A stretch of 51,709 nt of DNA from Thecamonas trahens ATCC 50062 (Eukaryota; Protista; Apusomonadida). A program made the translations under genes and the position numbers. Positions 12,251-22,849 of this stretch are shown here, piece by piece (positions within the stretch are counted from its first letter, which is position 1; every line of letters begins with the position of its first letter). The stretch lies in the NCBI RefSeq assembly GCF_000142905.1, contig NW_013657614.1:1-51709 (forward strand). The letters are read 5' to 3'. Below the pieces are notes generated by a model. It was not told where the DNA came from and ran no database searches. It was given only the letters and a program-made list of their open reading frames with translations.

Positions 12251-15171
12251 TTATGCGCGGGGGGTATGGTCGACGTAGTACTTGCGCCAAGAGCCCCGCT
12301 TGCGTGCAAACGGCATGCGAACATGGAGTTCGCGGAAGGAGCGGAGGAACCAGAGGACGTCAAAGACCGAGTCTCCCTCGGGCTTGAGCGTGTTGGGTAG
12401 CTTGGCCTCCAGCGTGAACCAGGTCTCGACGCGGAGATCCATCATGTACGACGAGAGAAGAAAGTCGAGGACAGCGTCAGGATCATAGTGGTGCCAAAGG
12501 TAGGCGGCGGTGTGGGCAAAGAGCGAGAATATGCGCAGGTCGTTGGCGGCGTGCAAGCCGGCCCAGGGATCCATCTCGACAAGGAGTTTGAGCCCCCGCT
12601 TGGTCGACGCCCGGGGGTTGGCGAGATAGCGGACGACGCCCTTGAAGAGCGAGGCTGGGACGCGGGCGAGGTCAAAGACTGGAAGCTCGACCGGAATGCC
12701 GGGGCCGAGTTTGGCACGGCGCCGGCGGTACTCGGACTTGACGAGGCCAGCCTTCATGGCAAGCGGCAGTGGAACGTACAGCTCGACCGAGTCCGAGGTG
12801 ACAAAAGTGACCAGCGAAGCGTCCGGCACAAAGTCACCGCGGACAAGGCGGGTCGCGCCCGAGTCGGCCGAGACAATAAGACGTGCCGACGCGGCGGTCT
12901 CGTGTGGCGGCGGCAGATCGGAACGAGAGCGAGCGCGCCGGGTGGTGCCAAGACGGAGCTCAGTAATCGAGCTCGAGCTGGCCAGACCTGGTTGATCGAC
13001 CTCGTGTAGCGACTCTGTCCGGATGCCGTCTTCAATCGCCTGAAGCAGCGATGTCGATGCAGCAGCGAGCGACTTGTGGTGCGACGCCGACGATTGAATA
13101 GCAGCTGAGAAAGGCGTGGCGGCGGCGGTGGTCGCTGTAGAGGCAGAGCCTCCAGCAGCGAGTGGTGGTGTCTCGGCAGCAGCGGCAGACATCTTCTTCA
13201 GCTTCTTCAGCTTCTTCGCCTTGCTCTCATACGCTTCCGAGAAGGCGAGAACGGCGGCGTCGAGAGCCAGCACGGCGGCCGACTCGGCAACGAGATCATC
13301 CACAATGGAGACCAGAACGTCATCGGCTGAAACTGCGATTGGTGTGGGGCTAGGTAGCCGTTTGGTGGGATCGGGTGATGCCGGCGCGGCTGTTAAAGCC
13401 ACGGAAGCGAGCTCCGAGTCAGCGCGGGCAGTTAAGAGCTCGGCCTCGAGGCGGGCGATGGTATCTGCGGCAGCGGCGACGGTGCGCTCGAGCTCGTCAA
13501 TGCGATCCGATGTGGTATCCGGCATACCTTGGGCGGCAGCAAGCGAGGTGACGGCTTCCTCGCGGGCTGCGGCGACAGCAGCGTCGAGGTCCGCCTGTGT
13601 GATAACAGGCGTGGCGTTGGCCGCGGCCTTTGCAGTAGCTTCCTTGCGGGCTGCGGCGACGGCAGCCTCCAACTCGGCCTCAGCATCAGCCTTGGCCTTG
13701 GCCACAGCAGCATCCACATCTGCTTGCGTGATTGCCGACGCAGCTTCAGCAGTAGCTTCGCCCGCTGCCTCTTCCTTCGCCTTGGCCACAGCAGCTTCGA
13801 GCTCCGCCTCGGCATCAGCCTTGGCCTTGGCCAAATCGGCCTCAGCATCAGCCTTGGCCTCAGCCTTGGCCTTGGCCACAGCAGCATCCACATCTGCTTG
13901 CGTGATTGCCGACGCGGTTTCAGCAGCAACTTCGCCCGCTGCCTCTTCCTTCGCCTTGGCCACAGCATCTTCGAGCTCCGCCTCGGCATCAGCCTTGGCC
14001 TTGGCCACAGCCGCCTCCAACTCGGCCTCAGCATCAGCCTTGGCCTTGGCCACAGCAGCATCCACATCTGCTTGCGTGATTGTCTTGGCCACAGCAGCCT
14101 CCAGCTCAGCCTCAGCATCAGCCTTGGCCTTGGCCACAGCAGCATCCAGCTCAGCCTCAGCATCAGCCTTGGCCTTGGCCAACTCGGCCTCAGCATCAGC
14201 CTTGGCCTTGGCCACAGCAGCCTCCAGCTCAGCCTCAGCATCAGCCTTGGCCTTGGCCACAGCAGCCTCGAGCTCAGTCACAGCGACTCCGCCACCATCG
14301 GTCGCGGTCGTCGTTGCCAGTGTCGCTGTTGTTGGCGGCGGCGGGGGAAATTGTTGTCGCCATCGTCGCCAAACGCATCGTCAATCATACCCAGCAGCGC
14401 GTTCGCGTCTCCGTCTGCCGGCGGCTCCTCTGCCGGCGGCGGCGGCGCAACATCGTCGTCGTCGCCAAACGCATCGTCAATCATACCCAGCAGCGCGTCC
14501 GCGTCTCCGTCTGCCGGCGGCTCCTCTGCCGGCGGCGGCGGCGAAACATCGTCGTCGTCGCCAAACGCATCGTCAATCATACCCAGCAGCGCGTCCGCGT
14601 CTCCGTCTGCCGGCGGCTCCTCTGCCGGCGGCGGCGGCGCAACATCGTCGTCGTCGCCAAACGCATCGTCAATCATATCCAGCAGCGCGTCCGCGCCTCC
14701 ATCTGTGTCAGCCTTCGCGCCGCCACTCTCTCCCGGCCTATCCACAGTACACGCCGTCGCTTTGCCCTCTCGGGACGGCGCATCTTTGGCATCCCCGACA
14801 TGCAGCGTCCGTTTGGTGATCAGCATCAGTGTCGTCTTGACCATCCCCAGCCCGGCCGGGGTCTCGCTGTCTTCGACTACATGCGCCACAACGTTGCCAG
14901 GCGGATCCAACAGATACACATGCACCCCATCCCACGCCCCATCGCCCTCCAACCCGACTTTCTTGCCGAGTCGTCCAGTCTTGTTCGACGCAAAATCCTT
15001 CTGCTCGCACAACAATATATCGATGAGTGCATGCCTCCCCCCCCCCCCCCCCCCCCTCCCCTCCCTCCGCCACCGCCGACTCTCATCACCACCTACCTTG
15101 TCAAGGAGAAAGATATACGAGACTTTCTTCAGCGACCCATCATCCTGCTCCACAAACGCCGTCACAATCAT
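12251..15171 (-). CDS. Repeat-rich protein with C-terminal SKP1/BTB-POZ-like domain; frameshift near 14345; probable in-frame intron 15001-15096; 5' end uncertain (possible upstream exon from ATG 15482)
   Basis: VTFVTSDS..LPVFDLARVPASLFKGVVRYL..LHAANDLRIFSL resembles SKP1/ElonginC; AG|GTAGGT..G-tract..GAGCAG 96-nt intron; two ORFs abut in different frames. Confidence 0.65.
13540..14275 (-). repeat. Coding tandem repeat AAVAKAKADAEAELE (45 nt) interspersed with ITQADVD units
   Basis: direct reading of DNA and translation. Confidence 0.9.
14360..14695 (-). repeat. 96-nt (32-aa) coding tandem repeat, ~3.5 copies: DALLGMIDDAFGDDDDVAPPPPAEEPPADGDA
   Basis: tcgccaaacgcatcgtcaatcata recurs at ~14366, 14462, 14558 and 14654. 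Confidence 0.92.
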
Positions 15172-15506
15172 CCTTTCTCAGTCGATGACAGCCTACAAAG
15201 CGGTCCGAGTCAGCGCCCAACTCGTCCAACGTCTCAGCGCGCTTCCGTTGCTGGCACTTGAGCCTCAGCCAGGACAGCTTCCCAACAAGTGCAGCCAATG
15301 TAGTCACAACCACAACCACAGCTAGTGTCAACTACTGCAGACACGCCAGCCGTTGCTGTACAGAGCGCTCCTCTCGCTGTCTCACTCTCCGACTCTCGCG
15401 ACTTGCCCTCGTGCCGAGACAGCTGTGGCACGCACTCGCTGAAGGTGTTTAACACTCGGTCCACATCGATCGAGCTTGACATGGCAAACACTCGGGGCCG
15501 TCTCAC

Positions 15507-17810
15507 CTAGCCACTCTCTTCGCGTACGGCTTCAACCAGTCGGCGGAACACTTGTCGGAGAGACTTGGCGGCTGCGCCTCCGTGCTTCATGCCTGCGACC
15601 GCGGCCGCATCGCCGAGGTCGAGTCCATCCAGGACTCGAGCGGTGAGCAGGGCGCGCTCGTTGGGCTTGATCACTCCACGTGCGAGGGCTGCATCCACAG
15701 AAGCGGCGTAATCGCTAAGCCATTGTGCCAGTGCTGCCATGACTGACTCGTCGACAGCTGCCCCGTGTGCGTAGACCTCGGCAACAACCTCGTGGAGGAG
15801 ATCCGGCTCCAGCCGCTCGCTCGTCGGCGCGTCTGCCAGCAACATCTTCGCGACAGGTCTCGCCAGGCTCACCGAGGCCAGCGAGAGGACTTTTGACAGG
15901 CCGAAACCAAAGAGCTTGCGCAAATGGGCCAGCACTGCCTCGCCTTCCGGGCTCATCGCCCGCATCATCGCAATCGACGGCTCGCCCGCCCGCACTCCGC
16001 GCGTAGCCGACAGCCGGATGGCGTGGTACCCGAGGCCATGCCGAAAGGCAACGAGCCCAGCAGTCGCCCCAAACAGTGTACCAAACGCATCGGCGTCAGC
16101 GTGCACGCTGTGTACCTTCTCAATGAGCAGCGTCGCCAGCCCGCCACGCCGCAGCACCTCGACCACCGCCGTCCGCACAGAGCGCACAAGCACAAGACTC
16201 GGCGCCGCGCGACATCCGAGATGCTTGGCCATGATGTCCACCAGAACATGTCCGCGTAGGTTCATCTTGCCACGAGCAATAGCCTTCGCATTCTCGACTG
16301 GAAACCCACCCTCGCGCGCCACCACGTTGACCGCCACCACCCGCCGCTCGCCGCTCCGCTCGCGCAAAACGTGCGTCTCCATGTTCGGCGCATCCAGCAG
16401 TCGCCACAGATCGTCGGGTGTCGTCCGGTAGTGTGCGCCCACAAGGAGGCCAAAGACCTCGTCCAGTAGCGAGTCGTTGTCTGCGAGCTCGTCATGGCTC
16501 AGTACCGCGTACTCGAGCATGCCGTTGACATCGTCCAGGATCGCTCCCGCGTCGGCCTCGCCAATCGCTGCCGGCTCCACCTTGAGCCCCAGAAGCTCGT
16601 TGAAGAACGCTTCCATGCTGTCGCCGGCATCCCATCGAATCGGCGCCTTCAGCGTGTGCTTCTCCACCTCTCCTGTGTACGCCGAGCTCGAGAGCCAGTC
16701 GGCAAACCGGATGACAAACCCGCGCCCGGTCCCCTCGTAGCCGTGGACAGTCGTGGCAAAGATAAGCAGCGCACGCTGCCCGTGTACCTTGACTAGCGCC
16801 TTGAGTACACTCACCGGCACTTGCGCCGCTTCGTCGATGACATATGCCCGCACGGCTGTCGCCGCCTCCGCCGACGCTGCCTTGTACATGGCCTCAGGCT
16901 CGCTCAGCAACAGCTCAGCCGGCCCAAACTTTGCGATTTCGCTGTGTTCCCTGTCACTTCCCGCACCAACCACCATCACCTCTGCTAGGCTCAGTCCGTG
17001 CTCACTTGCTGCTCTCAGTGCAAGCCCGAGCGCCGCCGACTTGCCCCGTCCGCGATCAGCCACCACTAGCCGGACACCAGTAGCACCGCTGACCAACGCC
17101 TCGCTCAGCGCGGCCACAACCTCGCGCTGCTCACTGCTGCCCTTGAGCGTGATCGTAGTCGGGATCGAGGCCACAAGCTCTTCCAGTGCCTCGCCGCCAA
17201 CCTCGCCGTCCACCTCGACAAAGACACGCGGAACCGCGGCGGCATGGCGGGCCAGCAACCGTTCGAACCGGCGTGCAAAGGGCGAGCTGTTCCCGGCCAG
17301 CCCTCCTCCGCTGCAACCACCGTCAGCACTGTCAGCACATTGACTTGCAGCGCCAGTCGGCACGCGAGTTGTCCGTGACGGGCTGGCAAAGAGCGAGTCT
17401 GTACGGATGTGGCGGGTGCGCGGCGGGAGGCGAAGGACAAGGAGGCCGCCGGCAAGGACCAGACCTTGGACGACGCCGAGTGCGTTGGGGGCAAGCGAGG
17501 CATGTGCATGAAGGACCACAACAGCAAAGGTCATTCCCAGCTGGTGCTTCACCTTCTTCACCTTGCACACTGTCGTCGTTCTCGCCCCCATCGCTTCGAG
17601 CATCGCCATTTCGTCCGCCGCCGCCTCGGCCTCGGTCACCCACAGCACCGACGTGCCCACATCGTTCTCATCGGCAGCCCGCTCGTCCACGCCGGTCCTC
17701 ACGTCTGCTGCGGCTACTGCTGCCATGGCTGCTGCACGTGCTGTTAGCACCGCATCGTCGCCCCTCACCGCCACCACGCGACGCATCCGACTACCGCCAT
17801 CATCCGCCAT
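15507..17810 (-). CDS. tmcA: TmcA-like RNA cytidine N4-acetyltransferase (DUF1726 + helicase + GNAT), prokaryote type
   Basis: ADRGRGKSAALG, IDEAA, FATTVHGYEGTGRGF, PIRW, AHYRTTPDDLWRLLDAPN, RGH, RSVRTAV..RRGGLA; first ATG 17810. Confidence 0.88.
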   Translation of the reverse strand: MADDGGSRMRRVVAVRGDDAVLTARAAAMAAVAAADVRTGVDERAADENDVGTSVLWVTEAEAAADEMAMLEAMGARTTTVCKVKKVKHQLGMTFAVVVLHAHASLAPNALGVVQGLVLAGGLLVLRLPPRTRHIRTDSLFASPSRTTRVPTGAASQCADSADGGCSGGGLAGNSSPFARRFERLLARHAAAVPRVFVEVDGEVGGEALEELVASIPTTITLKGSSEQREVVAALSEALVSGATGVRLVVADRGRGKSAALGLALRAASEHGLSLAEVMVVGAGSDREHSEIAKFGPAELLLSEPEAMYKAASAEAATAVRAYVIDEAAQVPVSVLKALVKVHGQRALLIFATTVHGYEGTGRGFVIRFADWLSSSAYTGEVEKHTLKAPIRWDAGDSMEAFFNELLGLKVEPAAIGEADAGAILDDVNGMLEYAVLSHDELADNDSLLDEVFGLLVGAHYRTTPDDLWRLLDAPNMETHVLRERSGERRVVAVNVVAREGGFPVENAKAIARGKMNLRGHVLVDIMAKHLGCRAAPSLVLVRSVRTAVVEVLRRGGLATLLIEKVHSVHADADAFGTLFGATAGLVAFRHGLGYHAIRLSATRGVRAGEPSIAMMRAMSPEGEAVLAHLRKLFGFGLSKVLSLASVSLARPVAKMLLADAPTSERLEPDLLHEVVAEVYAHGAAVDESVMAALAQWLSDYAASVDAALARGVIKPNERALLTARVLDGLDLGDAAAVAGMKHGGAAAKSLRQVFRRLVEAVREESG

Positions 17811-17880
17811 GGCGTGCAGAGTCGAGTGCCGCTGCTTTGGCACTCTGTTATCGTCAAGACGTGTGTGTTAACAACGAGAG

Positions 17881-19860
17881 TCAGATCGTGGCCCGGAGCG
17901 GAGAGACGGCGGTAAAGCCGACGCCGGCCTCGATGTCCTTGAGAACGCGGACGACGGTCTCGTCGTCAAACGGCTTGCCGTACACCTGGACGCCGATGGG
18001 AAGACCAACCGAAGAGGCGGTGGCGGCGCGAGCGGCAGAGTGGAACGGCTCGAGCGAGAACACCGGGCCCTGATAGATCTGCTCGTCGACGTCAACAACA
18101 GTGACCGGGACGGTGCCTGCGGCGGTGTTGAGGAGATTGATGAACATGGTGTACGAGGCGGCCGACGGGTTGAGCTTGGCCGAGTCGCCGAGGACAAACG
18201 GGGCGACGCCAAAGCCCGGGCAGAGCATGGCGTCGATGCCGGCCACTGCCCACGAGTCGTAGAACGCGTGCACGTACGCCGCCCGCTGCGCTTCGAGCTT
18301 CTCAGACTCGATAACTGTGCGCGGATGGGCTGTGCCGGCAAGCTCGGCCGTCCGGCGCATGCCCAGCGCCCACATGAGCGCGCGGGCAACGCCACGGACC
18401 GCCGCCGGTGCCCGAGCCGACGCCATCATCAGCAGATACTGCTTGATGAAGGTCTCGCCGCCGGCAGCCTCCACAAAGCCGTCCATGCCGTCCGCGACTA
18501 GGATGGAGCACCAAAGGTTGATGGCGGTGTCGATGGCCGGCGGTTGGAACGGGACCACCGTGTAGCCGGCGCGCTCGAGAGCTGCCACCGCCATGGCCAC
18601 CGCCCGCTTGTATGCAGCCGAAGCGGGAAAATAACCGTCGTCGTCGTAGTAGCCAATCACGGGCTTGGCATTGCCGGCCTCCGGGTCAGCCCGCGTCATG
18701 TCGTACGGTAGCGGCACCGTCGTCACGTCGTGGGCAGCCATGATGCCCGAGTTGATGATGGCGGCAAGGAGGGCTTCCGCATCACCCACCGTCCGCGCCA
18801 GTGGGCCCGCAACCGGTTGAATGTAGCTCTGCGCGGCGGTGGCGGGCTTGACGACTCCGCGCCGGGTCACCCGCGCCGGCGTCGGCTTGATCGTCGCCAG
18901 CCCGTTAAAGGTCGCAGGGATGCGGAGCGAGCCGCCGATGTCGGTCCCGATGCCGACGATCGAGCCACCGGCGCCAATCAGTGCACCCTCGCCGCCGGAC
19001 GAGCCACCGGGCGTCCGCGCGCTGTTCCACGGGTTCACCGTCGTTCCGAACAGGTGGTTGGTCGTCTCGGACGAGATGAGCGACTGCGGCACGTTGGTCT
19101 TGACAAACGGGATGGCGCCAATAGCGCGGATAGCCTGTGTGAGTAGCCCGTCGTCGTCAGAAGGGCCAGCAAGGTAGAAAGCTTTGAGCCCGCACGTCGC
19201 CCGTGTCCCACGGACCACGATCTGGTCCTTGAGCGAGATGGGGACGCCAAAGAGCGGCTTCTCCGCTAGCACATCATCCTCCGACGAGAGCCCCGACGCT
19301 AGCAGCTTGTCCAGCACCTCGTCCGCCATCCTCGCCTCCTCGAGCGCGTCGTCAAACATCGAAGCGGTGAGGCAGTTGGTCGCCGCATGCGCACGCAGCG
19401 CGAGAAACACATACGCCTTCATCACCTCCTCGGCCGAGTACGATCTGGTCACGATGGCCCTCGCCAGCTCCTGTGCGCTCGCCGCCGCGATTTTGGAAAT
19501 GACCTCTGCCGAGAGCCCCGTCCCTGCCTCGTCCTTGCACACGTGATCGCCGTCGACCTGCGGCTCAAAGGCGAGGGCAAAGGACGAGGTGATGCGGAGC
19601 CACTTGAGGGTAGCCACAATGGCGGTAGACGAGGCCTTGGCCGTCACCCCTGCTACAACCACTGCGCCTACCACAGCAAGCACAGGCTGCAATGGCGTTG
19701 GGAGGAGGCTCGTCGCCCGGCTGGCAAGCTCGGTAATTTGCTGCATACCGAATGAGTGGTGAGTCAGGTTGTGCGCTGTGTCTGCGTCAAGAGTCTGCGT
19801 CTGCATCTGCACCTGCATCTGCCTGTCCTGGAAGCCGACCTGCGCCACAGATGTGGACAT
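17881..19860 (-). CDS. Amidase-signature enzyme (FAAH-like); probable 99-nt in-frame intron 19741-19839
   Basis: PLFGVPISLKD (catalytic K), TPGGSSGGEG, GTDIGGSLRIPA (Ser-cisSer-Lys triad), GLPIGVQV; N-terminal hydrophobic segment; CAG|GT..CTGAC..TGCAG. Confidence 0.92.
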   Translation of the reverse strand: MSTSVAQVGFQDRQMQVQMQTQTLDADTAHNLTHHSFGMQQITELASRATSLLPTPLQPVLAVVGAVVVAGVTAKASSTAIVATLKWLRITSSFALAFEPQVDGDHVCKDEAGTGLSAEVISKIAAASAQELARAIVTRSYSAEEVMKAYVFLALRAHAATNCLTASMFDDALEEARMADEVLDKLLASGLSSEDDVLAEKPLFGVPISLKDQIVVRGTRATCGLKAFYLAGPSDDDGLLTQAIRAIGAIPFVKTNVPQSLISSETTNHLFGTTVNPWNSARTPGGSSGGEGALIGAGGSIVGIGTDIGGSLRIPATFNGLATIKPTPARVTRRGVVKPATAAQSYIQPVAGPLARTVGDAEALLAAIINSGIMAAHDVTTVPLPYDMTRADPEAGNAKPVIGYYDDDGYFPASAAYKRAVAMAVAALERAGYTVVPFQPPAIDTAINLWCSILVADGMDGFVEAAGGETFIKQYLLMMASARAPAAVRGVARALMWALGMRRTAELAGTAHPRTVIESEKLEAQRAAYVHAFYDSWAVAGIDAMLCPGFGVAPFVLGDSAKLNPSAASYTMFINLLNTAAGTVPVTVVDVDEQIYQGPVFSLEPFHSAARAATASSVGLPIGVQVYGKPFDDETVVRVLKDIEAGVGFTAVSPLRATI

Positions 19861-20025
19861 CGCACATGCTGATCGAGATGTACCAGGCAAGGAGAAAGCC
19901 AACACCTAGCATTCGAGCTATTTTCTCAGCCCGATATGATCAGCCAGGTCAGGTTGCCCGGCAGCACCTGACAGTGGGAGTGGGTGGCAGGCACGACACG
20001 ACTCTTGAAGCTCAGTTTGGACGAG

Positions 20026-20406
20026 ATGCAGACGCAGTACCTGGAGATTGTGACGACGGATGTGGAAGGTGTGTGTGCGAGCTATGCTGTGGCATATGGC
20101 GGTGGCCTCGAGTTTGAGCTTGTACCCATGCTCGGCAACGCTCAGGTGGCAAAGATGGCTGGCGGCGGACTGCTGGGCGTGCGGGCGCCGCTGCGTGAGA
20201 CCGAGCTCCCTGTTGTCCGCCCGTACTGGCTTGTTGACGATGTGGAGGCTGCCATCGCTGCTGCCGTCGATGCTGGTGGCGAGCTCGCTCATCCCCCGCT
20301 CCTCATCCCGGGCTACGGCACCTTTGCCATCTTTACCCGTGGCGGCATCGATCATGGCCTGTGGCAGCTCGAGGCTGATGCTGCCAGCTCCCCGCCCGAG
20401 CAGTAA
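20026..20406 (+). CDS. VOC/glyoxalase-bleomycin-resistance family protein, bacterial type
   Basis: YLEIVTTDV, VRPYWLVDDVEAAIAAAVDAGGELAHPP..IPGYGTFAIF..GGIDHGLWQ; AATAAA at ~20446. Confidence 0.85.
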   Translation: MQTQYLEIVTTDVEGVCASYAVAYGGGLEFELVPMLGNAQVAKMAGGGLLGVRAPLRETELPVVRPYWLVDDVEAAIAAAVDAGGELAHPPLLIPGYGTFAIFTRGGIDHGLWQLEADAASSPPEQ

Positions 20407-20606
20407 CCGCGTAACCCATCCCCCCCCTGGCGCCAGCCACCAGCAAATAAAGGCATATGGTGATGTGGTGGTGACGTAGTCGAACTCGACTGCGGGCAAA
20501 ATGGATTCACCGCGGGCGGAGCCACAGGCACCGCCACCACTGCCACCACCACTGCCACCGCTGGCAACCACCACCACACAACTCCAAGCCACTACCCGTA
20601 TCAACC

Positions 20607-22740
20607 ATGGCTGCCACTTCCGAGAACCCTCTCAAGCGCAAGCTCAGCGCAGATGTCATGACTGAGGGTATGTTCCCCATCCCCTCCCCACTTCCCCCCC
20701 CCCCCTCCTCTCCCGCCCCCCCCCCCTCNNNNNNNNNNNNNNNNNNNNNNNNNNNNNNNNNNNNNNNNNNNNNNNNNNNNNNNNNNNNNNNNNNNNNNNN
20801 NNNNNNNNNNNNNNNNNNNNNNNNNNNNNNNNNNNNNNNNNNNNNNNNNNNNNNNNNNNNNNNNNNNNNNNNNNNNNNNNNNNNNNNNNNNNNNNNNNNN
20901 NNNNNNNNNNNNNNNNNNNNNNNNNNNNNNNNNNNNNNNNNNNNTTCCCCCCCCCCCCCCATACCCATACCCATACCCCACCACCACCACCCTGCACAAC
21001 CAATAGTCGGGCAAGTCAAAATGTTTTATTTATATTTCGCAACATAGCACATGCTGCTCCATCATCCCCATGAGCATGGCCAAGCGCTTGCACTGCGGCA
21101 GCAGCAGTGTCGGTCACCGGGCACCGCTTGCTCTGGAGCTCGACTCCGCCAGCTTAAACTCGGCCCAAGCTCGGCTCGATCAAGGGCATGACTCACATCA
21201 TCGGCAACGGGCTGTAGACATGACGCCGACCAAGCGGGCCAAGGTGCGTGCGTTCTACATGTCGGAGACGTACGGGCAGACGATGGAGGTTCCGTTCTCT
21301 GCCGAGGTGCGGACCAAGATCATCTGCACGATCGGCCCGGCGTCTGCCAACGAGGCGATGATCCGCGGCCTGGTCATGTGCGGCATGTCTGTGGCGCGGC
21401 TCAACTTTTCGCACGGCAAGCACGAGTGGTTTGCTGAGGTCATTGCCACGGTCCGGCGCGTGGCGGCCGAGCTCAACCGGACGGTGGCGGTCATGCTCGA
21501 CACCAAGGGCCCCGAGGTGCGGACGTGCTCGCTGGCCGGTGGCGAGTCGGTCATGCTCCACAAGGACACAACGTTCACGCTGCTGACCGACACGTCGGTG
21601 GACGGCGACGACACGCGCGTGGCGACCACATACCCGGGCCTCCCGCAATCGGTGGAGGTCGGCGATTACATCCTCATCGACGACGGGCTCATCCGCCTCC
21701 GGGTCACTGAAGTCCACACCGACTCGGTTGTCACCACCGTGCTCAACTCGGGCCAGCTCGGGCAGAACAAGGGCGTGAACCTGCCGGGCAAGGAGTACGA
21801 CCTGCCTGCCGTCACCGCCAAGGACCGCGCCGACATTGCCTTTGGCGTCGAGCAGAACGTCGACATCATTGCGGCGTCGTTCATCCGCAACAAGGCCAAC
21901 GTCGACGAGGTCCGCGCCCTGCCGGGCGTTGCCGACGCCGGCATCCACATTGTGTCCAAGATCGAGTCGACTGAGGGCCTCACCAACTTTGACGAGATCC
22001 TGGCCGCCTCGGACGGTATCATGGTTGCCCGCGGCGACCTCGGCGTGGAGATCCCCATCGAGAAGGTGTGCAACGAGCAGAAGAAGATGATTTCCAAGTG
22101 CAACCAGGCCGGCAAGCCGGTCATCACCGCCACCCAGATGCTCGACTCGATGATCCGCAACCCGCGGCCGACCCGTGCCGAGTGCACCGACGTCGCCAAC
22201 GCTGTCTTTGACGGCACTGACTGCGTCATGCTCTCTGGCGAGACCGCGTCGGGCCTTTACCCGCTCGAGGCCGTCCAGGTCATGGCCCGCATTTGCGTCG
22301 AGTCGGAGGCCGCGCTCTCCTTCCGTGAGCGTTTCGAGAAGACCCGCGCCACCCAGCTCGCCCTCACCCCGGTCATCAACCACGCCGAGGCCATCGCCTC
22401 GTCGGCCGTCAAGACCGCCACCGACATCGGTGCCAAGCTCATCGTTGTCCTCACCGAGACCGGCCGCACCGCCCGCCTCCTCTCCAAGTACTTCCCCGAG
22501 GCTGTCATCCTCGCCATCACCGCCTCGCCCAAGACCGCCGCCCAGCTCCTTCTCACCCGCTCCGTCACCCCCATCAAGGTCAACCAGATCGACGTCAACG
22601 ACAACGTCATCCGCGCTGCCCTCTTTGAGGCCGTTGACTCGCAGATGATCGAGTCGGGCGACGCCGTCGTCGTCGTCTCGGGCACCATCGTCGGCCAGTC
22701 GGGCGCGACCAACACCCTCCGCACCCTTGTTGTCCCGTAG
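20607..22740 (+). CDS. PK: Pyruvate kinase; inferred exon 1 20607-20667, intron 20668-21217 (contains N gap), exon 2 21218-22740
   Basis: RTKIICTIGP, ARLNFSHG, LDTKGPEVRT, KIES, DGIMVARGDLGVE, ATQMLDSM, DCVMLSGETA; G|GTATGT donor and ACTCAC..TGTAG acceptor in matching phase 1. Confidence 0.95.
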
Positions 22741-22849
22741 TTGGCGGATCATGTTTTAAAGCTATGCCTCTCCCCTTTGCTCTCCTTTTCCCGTGCGCTC
22801 CGGTCTATATTGGTGCGCTGCGGTGTGAGATGGTCTCGGCCCAGCCCAT

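Noticed and set aside
14360-14695. Regularly spaced repeats as a CRISPR array
   Set aside because: Whole 96-nt units repeat with no unique spacers, are in-frame coding, and there are no cas genes
13116-15325. Long + strand ORFs (567, 598, 393 aa) and similar antisense ORFs across the window
   Set aside because: Shadows of GC-rich repetitive coding sequence on the opposite strand
21007-21047. 4-nt micro-exon plus 37-nt GC-AG intron leading to ATG 21070 of pyruvate kinase
   Set aside because: Phase-compatible, but the single intron ending at 21217 is simpler and has a better branch/acceptor
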